Below, in pieces: positions 1 to 9,300 of a stretch of DNA of 40,152 bases (its first letter is position 1; every line of letters begins with the position of its first letter). A program made the position numbers and the translations under genes. Under the pieces are notes generated by a model. That model was not told the DNA's origin. It saw only the letters and a program-made list of their open reading frames with translations, and ran no database searches. Source of the DNA: a virus (lineage: Duplodnaviria > Caudoviricetes); the IMG/VR virus record IMGVR_UViG_3300030376_006008, positions 1-40,152 of that record; one strand, written 5' to 3'.

Positions 1-138
1 GCTAGACCTAAGTCAAAATATAAAAGTAAAAAATTTACTAAAAGTAAAAATGTTAAGGTTATGACGCCAAAAGGTTCTCCTAAAAAAACAACGCCACCAC
101 CAAAAAAAGGAAAAGGAGGAAAACCAGGAAGACCATAA
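1..138 (+). CDS. Partial Lys/Pro-rich basic protein (5' end outside window)
   Basis: Frame 1 reads ARPKSKYKSKK...PPPKKGKGGKPGRP, with TAA at 136-138. Confidence 0.6.
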   Translation, partial: ARPKSKYKSKKFTKSKNVKVMTPKGSPKKTTPPPKKGKGGKPGRP

Positions 139-149
139 AACTATAAGAT

Positions 150-770
150 ATGCCTATACATAAAACAAGTTTATACGATGCTTCGTTAATTTTAGCTCCT
201 AACGGCACACTGGACCTTAGGGGTGTTGCTGCTGTTGTGGGAATAGATGTTAATGGAGCGCATAATGCTGGAACAAAAACAGTTGTTGTAGACGGTACGG
301 ACGCAACAGGTTTTTCTGCTGGTGATAAAGTGATAAGTGGACTAACAGGTGAGGCTTTGGGTACTGTAGCATCTTCTGCAACTAATTCTGTTACATTTGT
401 AAATGGAATAAAACATTCACTAGTAGATGATGATACTTTAGAATTAGCTCCTAAGTTTGAAATAGTAGGTATTATGCCTTTAGGTTCTACTGCTACTGCT
501 GGAGGTAATGAAAGTGATGTTGAAATTGATGTATTAATACCTTGTTCAACAGCTTATTTTGGAACACTTGCTCCCAATGGCGGCTCTTGGCCTGCTTTTG
601 ATGACCACGTAACAAGATTTGGTGCTGGAGCAGAAATAGGAGATGTTCTTTCTACTTCTTTAGACTTGCCTTCGGGAACATTGTTTGAAGGAAGATGGAA
701 AAAAATATCTGTTACTGGTAATGGTTCAGCTATTATATATTTAAAAGCAGCTACTGCTCAAACATTTTAA
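150..770 (+). CDS. Putative virion structural protein, paralog of 774..1505
   Basis: G/A/T-rich beta protein; C-terminal GTLFEGRW...AIIYL resembles the neighbour's GVILYGRW...AVAYL. Confidence 0.5.
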   Translation: MPIHKTSLYDASLILAPNGTLDLRGVAAVVGIDVNGAHNAGTKTVVVDGTDATGFSAGDKVISGLTGEALGTVASSATNSVTFVNGIKHSLVDDDTLELAPKFEIVGIMPLGSTATAGGNESDVEIDVLIPCSTAYFGTLAPNGGSWPAFDDHVTRFGAGAEIGDVLSTSLDLPSGTLFEGRWKKISVTGNGSAIIYLKAATAQTF

Positions 771-773
771 TTT

Positions 774-1505
774 ATGAACATAGATGACCTATCCAAGTTT
801 TCGCTGGGTCAATATGGGTCGGTGACATTAGATTCTGCTGAACAATTATCTTTAATTGGTTCTAGCAAATATCTTATAGGAGCAATACATATATTAAGCA
901 ATAGAGAATCTTCATCTACAGATAACTCATTTCAATATTTAGTAACAAATGACATAAATCCTTTATATTGGGGCACACATTCTGGTGGCTCTATGGTTTT
1001 GCAATTTAATGGAGAGAATATAAATTCTACAGATGACACTATTCAAATTAACAATAGTTTGGATTGGAAATTTATAAGACCAGGCCATACATGTAATTAT
1101 TTTAAAAGAGGTCAATCAGATTCTGGCATAGGGTTAATAACTTCTACAATAGATAGCACTGATTTTCACCCCACCACTTCTACTCGCGTTTATACTGTTG
1201 TAGAAAAAAATGACCACAACAGAACAATAAAACTAAAAGACAGCACTGGTGCTATAGTAAATTTAACAGCACAATCCCCAGATGTTGCGGGTTCTAAAAG
1301 AGCATTAGTTTTTCCAGCCATAACTGCACAAACCACAGCTTTAATAGAAGACTGTATAGATGCTGATGACGACAATCATAATGCTGGACCTTTTGTAGCA
1401 GGAGATAATATAGTAGAAGGCGTTATATTGTATGGTAGATGGAATTTTGTTAAACTAGGTACTTATGTAAGGGCAGTTGCTTATTTAATTCCTAAAATTA
1501 TATGA
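774..1505 (+). CDS. Putative virion structural protein, paralog of 150..770
   Basis: N-terminal SLGQYGS and C-terminal YGRW motif; tightly packed ORF. Confidence 0.5.
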   Translation: MNIDDLSKFSLGQYGSVTLDSAEQLSLIGSSKYLIGAIHILSNRESSSTDNSFQYLVTNDINPLYWGTHSGGSMVLQFNGENINSTDDTIQINNSLDWKFIRPGHTCNYFKRGQSDSGIGLITSTIDSTDFHPTTSTRVYTVVEKNDHNRTIKLKDSTGAIVNLTAQSPDVAGSKRALVFPAITAQTTALIEDCIDADDDNHNAGPFVAGDNIVEGVILYGRWNFVKLGTYVRAVAYLIPKII

Positions 1506-2644
1506 TTACGCGTATTAATTATAATCGCGGCAGAAGGTTTTTAAATCCTTTAGAAATAGAAGCTCAATATATAACAGAAGATAGGGCTACAAACCCTGAC
1601 TTATTATTATGGATAGACTTTACAGACGCAAGTTCTTTAAGAAGTTTTTCTTCAGGTGGCTCCTCTGCTCCCTCTAATGGTGAAGCAATTATGATAGCAC
1701 ATAATAAATCTTATGAAACTTCTAGTTCTAATGCGGGTATGGCAAGCGCAGGAGAAAAGGCTCTTGGAAAATATGCTGCACAAGTAACAAGCAGTTCTAA
1801 ATGCCCCGTTTTTGTTGACCCAGGAGACGGAACGCCATCTTATGCTTCATTTGATGGAGACCAATTTTTAGAAATAACAAAACAAGTGGGTGCAGCTGTA
1901 AATGGTTCAGATTTATCTACAACAGAATTAGATTTAAATAGTTTTTGCATGTATTTTGTGTGTCAAAGAGAAAACCCTTCGGTTTTAACACGACAAGATG
2001 TTATGTTTTTGACATCTAATGATTTTACTGTTGACACTCCAAATCAACATATGGCTTTTTGTTTTGACCCAAATGCAAGCTATGGGGCAGTTTTAGAAAT
2101 GATAGATGGTAATCAAGTGTCTGGAGAAAGGTCAAGATATGTTAAATATAATGATGGAGATGATACAAATTTTCATTATCACGTATTTAATGCATATGAA
2201 CATTTTAATAATAATTCACCAGATAGTAGGCATGTTTCTTTGCAGGCAGACGGAACTCATCATCAATTTGGAGAATATAGTCATAATCCTTCATTATTTC
2301 CTAGCCCTTTTTATTCAAAAAGTGGAGTGCCAGGAGGAACTGTATCTGGTCCTTCGGGTTTAGGAAAACAAGGGGGTCAAGACATAACTTTGCAATTTAC
2401 TTCTGCTAGTTCACATCATCCAAGTATAACTATAGGTGGACAATCAAGATTTGGAAGCGCAAGTTCTCTTCATTCAAAGGGAACTTTTAAAGGTAAAATA
2501 TATGAAGTTTTAATTTTTAAAAGCGAACATGCAGGACCCGCTATAGTTGATGTTTTGTTTTTTAATAAACTTTTTAAACGCAGATGGTCTAATATGTATT
2601 ATTATTTGCAAAGAAAATATCAGTATATATCAGTAAAAATTTAA
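1502..2644 (+). CDS. Tail fibre/receptor-binding-type protein with concanavalin A/LamG-like domain
   Basis: LLLWIDFTD ... FDGDQFL ... FKGKIYEVLIF ... YLQRKY pattern typical of phage LamG-like domains. Confidence 0.55.
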   Translation: MITRINYNRGRRFLNPLEIEAQYITEDRATNPDLLLWIDFTDASSLRSFSSGGSSAPSNGEAIMIAHNKSYETSSSNAGMASAGEKALGKYAAQVTSSSKCPVFVDPGDGTPSYASFDGDQFLEITKQVGAAVNGSDLSTTELDLNSFCMYFVCQRENPSVLTRQDVMFLTSNDFTVDTPNQHMAFCFDPNASYGAVLEMIDGNQVSGERSRYVKYNDGDDTNFHYHVFNAYEHFNNNSPDSRHVSLQADGTHHQFGEYSHNPSLFPSPFYSKSGVPGGTVSGPSGLGKQGGQDITLQFTSASSHHPSITIGGQSRFGSASSLHSKGTFKGKIYEVLIFKSEHAGPAIVDVLFFNKLFKRRWSNMYYYLQRKYQYISVKI

Positions 2645-2649
2645 ATTTG

Positions 2650-2657
2650 TATATTTG
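2650..2657 (+). promoter_or_regulatory. Bacteroidota sigma-A -7 element TATATTTG
   Basis: Matches TAnnTTTG, intergenic, 4 nt before the ATG at 2662; no clear -33 element. Confidence 0.55.
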
Positions 2658-2661
2658 TATG

Positions 2662-3726
2662 ATGAAAAAGATATTATTATTTTTTGTATTATTAACTACC
2701 ATGTGTAGTTCTCAAAATTTTTTTAAGTATTCTACTTTTTATGCCTCTTCTACAATGGGTTCTTCTACTCTAGAGGATGGCATGTTTAAAATAGAAAACA
2801 AAGAGTTATTAGATATTACAGAAGTGCATGCTTACGACTATAATGTAACATTGGGCTGGAGAAAGGTAGCTCGTTTTGATTATGAGGGCAAAATTAAGTC
2901 TTTTTATGACGGAACTGAGTCTACAATGTCAAATAAAGCTCCTATAGGTAATGCTAAGGGGTTTGAGTATTTAGCAAACATATCTTTAGTTCGAGATAGG
3001 GGAGAACAATACATAAATCAGGATTTCTTCTTACGTTATTTGAGTGATTTGTATGTTTTTAAAGCGCAGTTTGTAGACAATCAAAGGGTAGACTTAAAAT
3101 ATGTGTTATCTGAGCTTAAATGGCGTAAAAACGTGGGAAATTGGGATTTTACTATAGGTGGTGCATTTAGAATACACCCAGCATACGGTTTTTTGCCAAT
3201 ATATGAATTTTGGAACCCAGCTGTAACACCATTTACAGCAATAGCTGAAGATTTTGGTTATGTAAGTGAACAATGGATGCAGGGTAATTATGTAAATTAT
3301 GATTGGTTTGACATAAGCAGTGGAGACTCTGTGCAGGTGGCGCATACAACAGGAGAGTTTATGCAGTACCATTTTGGTAATGCGATAGACGATTTTAATG
3401 ATAGTGAACTAGAAAAACTAGGATTACAAAAAGAATTATCAGTAACACTAGGAGTTGCATATTACAAGTGGACTCCAGAATGGTGGTTACACGGCTGGAT
3501 GAATATTCTTCCTTACCACGTAGGTCTTGACGACTACAGTTTTGACTACACGCTACCCCAGTGGGAGGACGACCCTATACCAGCCGTAATAGAATGGGAC
3601 GCTGGTCTTGTTATGGGGGTTAGATTGACTAAAAGCTTGGGACTTTTTATGGAGGGTGTTCATCAAAGATATTGGATGAAACCTGTCTATGAATTTAAGG
3701 TTGGTATAAATTATTTATTTTTGTAA
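2662..3726 (+). CDS. Putative outer-membrane beta-barrel protein
   Basis: Signal peptide MKKILLFFVLLTTMCSSQ; alternating aromatic amphipathic strands; C-terminal YEFKVGINYLFL resembles a beta-signal. Confidence 0.6.
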   Translation: MKKILLFFVLLTTMCSSQNFFKYSTFYASSTMGSSTLEDGMFKIENKELLDITEVHAYDYNVTLGWRKVARFDYEGKIKSFYDGTESTMSNKAPIGNAKGFEYLANISLVRDRGEQYINQDFFLRYLSDLYVFKAQFVDNQRVDLKYVLSELKWRKNVGNWDFTIGGAFRIHPAYGFLPIYEFWNPAVTPFTAIAEDFGYVSEQWMQGNYVNYDWFDISSGDSVQVAHTTGEFMQYHFGNAIDDFNDSELEKLGLQKELSVTLGVAYYKWTPEWWLHGWMNILPYHVGLDDYSFDYTLPQWEDDPIPAVIEWDAGLVMGVRLTKSLGLFMEGVHQRYWMKPVYEFKVGINYLFL

Positions 3727-3727
3727 T

Positions 3728-4378
3728 ATGAAGAAGCTAATATCTATATTAATTACTATATCCTCTTTTGCTTTTGGCCAAGGCTACGACTTTCAACAGT
3801 TGTGCTTAGACTGTGCAGCTCAAAATGGATTTTATTGTGGGGACGACCCAGCTAATTGGACTCAGTATTCTCCTAATGGATGTGTTCCTAATGGAGAGGG
3901 TGGGTTAATGTATCTTAACGATGGATGGGACGATTGCGTCAATGGCGCGGATGAGGACGATGCTGTTCCTACAGAAGCTGAAGAGTGTTCTCCGCCAGCC
4001 GAAGAGTGTGATACTGTATATGTGGAAATACCTGTAATTGAGTATGAATACATATATGAAACAGACACAATAATAGAATACGAAACAATTATAGAAACAG
4101 AATACATATATGTTACAGACACTGTGTATGCTGATGTTTTAGACACATTGTTTATAGATGTTATAGAATATGTTGAGATATTTGTTGTTGACACAATAAT
4201 GGAAATCAATACAGAATATATAGATTGCGATACTGGCTTGCCTTGTAACAGTTCGCTTGAGGAAATACTAGATAAATCAATATCTAATAATTTACTATAT
4301 AATTTACAAGGGCAAGTAATAAGAAAACCAGAAGGTGTTTACATCGAAGGAGGTAGTATTAAATATAAAATAAATTAA
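3728..4378 (+). CDS. Secreted protein with LDL-receptor class A-like module, DTxxV stalk and T9SS-like C-terminal domain
   Basis: Signal peptide ending AFG|Q; CVP...NDGWDDCVNGADE; C-terminal YNLQGQVI...GVYIEGGSIKYK. Confidence 0.6.
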   Translation: MKKLISILITISSFAFGQGYDFQQLCLDCAAQNGFYCGDDPANWTQYSPNGCVPNGEGGLMYLNDGWDDCVNGADEDDAVPTEAEECSPPAEECDTVYVEIPVIEYEYIYETDTIIEYETIIETEYIYVTDTVYADVLDTLFIDVIEYVEIFVVDTIMEINTEYIDCDTGLPCNSSLEEILDKSISNNLLYNLQGQVIRKPEGVYIEGGSIKYKIN

Positions 4379-4380
4379 TT

Positions 4381-4605
4381 ATGGCTTTTAAAGATATTAT
4401 GGGCAAAATTGGTGGCGCTGTTAAAGGTGCTGCAGGTGCTGGCATGTTAGGACCAGTGGGAATGCTAGCAGGAAAACTTTTAGGTAAGAAAGGAATGCGA
4501 GTAAAAAAAGGAAAGAAAAAAATGATGGGCGGTGGAAAGATGAAATATAAGTATAAAAAAGGAGGTTCTGTAAAAAGAGATATGTTTACTCAGCAATACG
4601 ACTAA
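4381..4605 (+). CDS. Small Gly/Lys-rich protein ending QYD
   Basis: 74 aa, ends YKKGGSVKRDMFTQQYD. Confidence 0.75.
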   Translation: MAFKDIMGKIGGAVKGAAGAGMLGPVGMLAGKLLGKKGMRVKKGKKKMMGGGKMKYKYKKGGSVKRDMFTQQYD

Positions 4606-4967
4606 TGTATACTTACAAAGCAGAGGTAGCAAGAGTTATTGACGGAGACACAATAGATGCTAATATAGATTTAGGGTTTGATGTAACCATAAAAAAAAGA
4701 ATTAGATTAGCAGGTATTGATACTCCAGAATCTAGGACTAGAGACTTAGAAGAAAAAAAGCGTGGACTAGCATCTAAAGATAGATTAGTAGAGCTTTTAA
4801 ATAAGGGTAATTTAGTTGTAGAAAGTCAAAGCGTAGGTAAGTTTGGAAGAGTTTTAGGCGTGTTACATATATATCCAGATGATTTAGATTTACCTATTAA
4901 TGTTAATGACACTTTGGTAAAAGAAGGTTTTGCTGTTGAATACTGGGGTGGAAAAAAGAAAAAATGA
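4605..4967 (+). CDS. Thermonuclease (SNase-like) family protein
   Basis: VARVIDGDT, IRLAGIDTPE and GKFGRVLG motifs. Confidence 0.9.
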   Translation: MYTYKAEVARVIDGDTIDANIDLGFDVTIKKRIRLAGIDTPESRTRDLEEKKRGLASKDRLVELLNKGNLVVESQSVGKFGRVLGVLHIYPDDLDLPINVNDTLVKEGFAVEYWGGKKKK

Positions 4968-5179
4968 TGAACATATTTAAAGACGATAATAATTGGAACG
5001 AAAAATCTATAATTGGATTTGTTGCTTTTGCTATTATGGTCTTAATTATGATAGCTGATTTAGTAACAGGGTGGGTGGGCAAAGACCTAGTTATTAATAA
5101 GTTTGTATATGACTCCTTTGTGTGGGTAGTTCTTGGATGTTTTGGAATTAGTGGAGTTGAAAAATTCGCAAAAAAATGA
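4964..5179 (+). CDS. Small 2-TM membrane protein (holin-like)
   Basis: Two hydrophobic segments and a basic C-terminus EKFAKK. Confidence 0.55.
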   Translation: MMNIFKDDNNWNEKSIIGFVAFAIMVLIMIADLVTGWVGKDLVINKFVYDSFVWVVLGCFGISGVEKFAKK

Positions 5180-5457
5180 AAGAAATATCAGAAGATTCTA
5201 AATTTGAAGTAAGCCTAAAATCATTAGGAGGCTTAGCAGTTTTAATTTTTGCCTTTGTAGGTATGTGGTTTACACTACAAGCCGATATAGCTGAGGCAAA
5301 AGAACTTCCAATCCCACCAGAACCAGAAGTTACTAAAATGGAATTTGATATGAAAGATAAAATGATACGTGCAACTATTATGACAACACAAGAAGATGTA
5401 AAAGAAATTAAAGAAGATATTAAGTATCTTAGAGATAAAATAGATGACATGCAATGA
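5176..5457 (+). CDS. Single-TM protein with C-terminal coiled coil
   Basis: Hydrophobic LGGLAVLIFAFVGMWF; heptads VKEIKEDIKYLRDKI. Confidence 0.6.
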   Translation: MKEISEDSKFEVSLKSLGGLAVLIFAFVGMWFTLQADIAEAKELPIPPEPEVTKMEFDMKDKMIRATIMTTQEDVKEIKEDIKYLRDKIDDMQ

Positions 5458-5843
5458 ATATAGCTAATTATATATTAATTTTATTAGGTGTTTTATTTTT
5501 TGTAGTAGGTAGCGCTTTTGGACAGGATTTTGTAAGTTCTGATAATTTTAGTAAAACAATAGCAAAAGATGTTGTTGTTGTAGAATTTTGGGTTGAATGG
5601 AATTCTGCTAATCAGTTTGCAGAGTTAAATAAACTTAAAGAATGTGAAAAGTATAGAGTTGATATAGGCAAATGTAGTAAAATACAAAACAAATATAGTG
5701 TGGCTTCAATACCAACTGTTTTAGTTTTTGAAAACGGAGAGGAAAGAGAAAGGTTTGGACCCAATATAATGTTTCAATTAGATGTTGACAAAAAAACAAT
5801 ACAACACTCTGTAGATACAATAATATTAAATAAATTTCAATAA
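5454..5843 (+). CDS. Exported thioredoxin-fold protein lacking CxxC
   Basis: Signal peptide; VVVEFWVEWNSAN at the WCxxC position; YSVASIPTVLVFENGEE cis-Pro motif. Confidence 0.75.
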   Translation: MNIANYILILLGVLFFVVGSAFGQDFVSSDNFSKTIAKDVVVVEFWVEWNSANQFAELNKLKECEKYRVDIGKCSKIQNKYSVASIPTVLVFENGEERERFGPNIMFQLDVDKKTIQHSVDTIILNKFQ

Positions 5844-6334
5844 TGGCATTACAAGAGTTATTAGCATATTCAGCACAAAAAGTAACAATAAAAGCTTTAA
5901 GAGGTAATCATTTTCAATTAGTGATTAATGTTAAAACAAGTAGTGGTGCTAATTATGATTTTACAAACTCTTCCACCGAAATAGATAATGGTTATTTTCA
6001 AGTTATAACTCCCTCTGGTAATCAAATGCAAAATATATATGCTGCTTATCAAGGCGGTACTTTAGAAAATATTGCGCCTGAAGCTATAACATTTAATACT
6101 GTTGTAGAAGATGGAAAAATAACAATTACATCAACAAACAATAATGGTTTCTGGCCTGCCCCTGGTATATATAGATACAATATTTTTACACAAAAAGTTG
6201 ACTCTACAGAAGCTAATGACCAATTAACCCACTGGTTGTTTGGCGATTTTATTGTTATTGACGACAACCCTTCAAGTAACTTAGGAGGTGTTCCTGCTGC
6301 TGAGCAAGGATTTTTTCCTATAATAGAAGGATAA
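5843..6334 (+). CDS. Small Ig-like/BppU-like tail or baseplate protein
   Basis: RGNHF...GKITI...GIYRYNI...WLFGDFIV pattern. Confidence 0.5.
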   Translation: MALQELLAYSAQKVTIKALRGNHFQLVINVKTSSGANYDFTNSSTEIDNGYFQVITPSGNQMQNIYAAYQGGTLENIAPEAITFNTVVEDGKITITSTNNNGFWPAPGIYRYNIFTQKVDSTEANDQLTHWLFGDFIVIDDNPSSNLGGVPAAEQGFFPIIEG

Positions 6335-6345
6335 AGTAAAAAAAT

Positions 6346-9300
6346 ATGCCTGAAAATATATCTACATATTGGGCAAAAAACGTTAAAATAAAAACATTAA
6401 GGGGCAATAGATTTGAATTTGTTTTAAATGTTAGAAATGAAGATGGCTCTGACTATTCTTTTCCAGAAGGCCATGTAGCGTTTTTTGCAGCTTTTAAAAA
6501 CGTATCTAACCCCGTAGGTACAATAATGCCCACGTCTTCTGGCGCAGCTATACCTTTTAAAACTTTAGTTGAAGAAGGTAAAATTACAGTAAACACTTTA
6601 GGTGGAGAAGAGTCGTTTTATCCAATAGTTGGAACATATAGCTATATTTTGTTTACATATAATCCTAATGATGTTGGCATTAACTTAGAAGATTTAATGG
6701 AAAACGTCATTCCAAATTGGCATTTAAGAGTTGGTTGGATGAGTGATGAATTAACTGATTTATGGACTAATCCTTATGAAACAGATTCTAATATTTTACA
6801 AAATGGTTATTACGACGAATGGTTTCATGTTGTAGGAGACGAAGGACTTTATCCGTGTTTTATACCAGAATGGAAACTTTTACAAGCAAATCAAGAGTCT
6901 GGTTCTAATTTATATTATAGCCAGCCTTTAATAGATTTTCCCTATATAAATAATGACTACCTAGATAATACCGATGTTTGGAGCAACAACAAGTTAACAT
7001 ATCAAAATGGAATGGAAGAGCTTGTTTTAAAAACTATTATACACAAAAAAAATATAGTTAAATGTATATTTGATGAAAGACAATATTTGTATAAATGGTC
7101 AGTGGTTCCTATACCTGTTAGATACAATTCTCAATGTTCCGTTACAAATATACCACCACCTGCTACAGAAATTTTTCCAAATGCTAGCTCTTGGACTAAT
7201 ATTGATGGTGATTCTTATACTTTTCACACAGGCAATTATCCATTTAATTTTTCTCAATATGTAAATGTGGACCCTGAAAACTCTGAAATTACTTCAGCGT
7301 TCAGTTCAGGACAATTATTTAACTTAAGTCAATATTTTGATGTAAACACAGGATTAACAACTTTAGATTTTGCAACAATAGATATGCCAGACACTGTTAT
7401 TAATCTTTTGCCATTTGTTGAAACTGTTGACAACATGTTAAGTACAAACGTATCAAATCCAGGCTTTGGACTTAACCCCGAAGATTTTTCTATTTCTGGA
7501 TTTGCAGGCATGAGTGCTACTACGTCATCATTTATGTATGCTTCGTATAATTATTTTTATGAACAATCCTTAGAATTGTCTGCTAACTATGTTCCAGGAG
7601 ACCTTTTGTATTACCCTATAAATGCAGAGTTTGACACTGATATAATGTTTTCTTTTCAAATGTATTTATCAGGACTTAACCCATATCAAACATTTTTAGA
7701 GTGGGGTATTTTTCCTTATGGTAATGGTCCTAGCGCTAATAATTTGGTGGCTACAAATTTAATAGCTGCTGGTTATTTTGGTTATCCTACTTTTGAAGAA
7801 TATATAGAGTTTAATAGTGTTGGAGGTTCTCCCCCAGGAAATTACATGCAAGGTTTAAATGACTGGAGAAGAATTAAGCCTGAAAAAGTAGGTTTACCGT
7901 ACGCTCCAATAGAGTCTTTAGATGACTTAGACACTTTACTTTCTCCACCACCAATGGGGGTGTCAGACTATTTTACTGTAATGTTTGGAGGCGCTGCTTT
8001 AGAATATCCAGACGCTTTTCCTTGGTGGTCGTATTATCAAACTGGAGGCACTAGCAATCTTAATGTTCCGTATGTTTCTAATTATAGCGCTATTTTTGCA
8101 GAAGGTGCTGAAATAACAGATGCATGGCTACCTTTTTATAGCCCACAATCTTTAGTTGATTGGAATGAAGACTATTTAATATTTCCTAAAACATCTTATT
8201 TTGTAGACATGTTTAACACATATCCTGAACTAGGTCATATTCCTACAGACGCTATAGGAATAGAGGAACCAACTAATGTTATGCTTGAACAGTTAGGAAA
8301 TGAGTTTCCAATAAGCCCAGAACATCAAAACCTTCCTGTAAACACAAATACACCTGGTTGGAATTTAATTCCATATTTAGGTCTTGAAAGTTCTTTATGG
8401 AATTATTTAAACTATACTAATGAAGCTGATTTACCTGGATTTGTATTGTCGGGAGGTGGCGATGTCACATATTGGGGCGTGCCTATAGAAGATGCATATG
8501 AGCAAGCACCAACATATAATGAATATATATTTGAATACAACGGAGTAGTGTATGATTTTTCTAATTGGAGTTTAGAGCCGTCTGTAGACGAAAATGGTTT
8601 TCCAATTTTAAACACATTACAAGAGCAACAGGCTTGGTATGGAAATAATCAAATAAATGACCAGGGGGAACCAACTGGACTTATAGATGATAATCTTTCA
8701 GTTTATACACCTTTTGCAAGCCCTGACACATTTGGGTGGTCTTATAATCCTGCCAATGAGGGTTTGCCCCCTATACCTAATTCTATTGTAGATTTTGTTT
8801 CTAATACACCTGGATTAGACGGAACAATTTATGACTTATGGTGGAACATGTCTAGCGGTTTAATAAATTCTATTACCGAAGTTAGTTCTGTTTTTTCTAA
8901 TCAAATATATTTACAAGAACAATCGCCAGTAACTGCTTTTGATATAGGCATAAATAGTGGACTTGATTTTCAAACTTCTAGTTACAGTTATAATAGTGTA
9001 ACTGAAGATTTTTTTAACCAAAGTTATGCGCCACAATTTGATGTGTATATATCTGGCTATATATTAAATGCAATGTCAGCAAGAGTTAGATTTTATCAAG
9101 AAGGAACGGATATAGGGGCTGGTAGTATACATGCATTTTGCAGAATTACTCGTCCCGACGGAACAGGTTTTCCAGTAAAACCAGAATTTAATACTATATA
9201 TGGCGAATATGAAATTAATGAATTTAATCAAGTGCAATCACAAAATGCCAACCCTTCAAATGTTTCTCCTTATGGCCTTGGAAGGTTTACTGAGGTTTAT

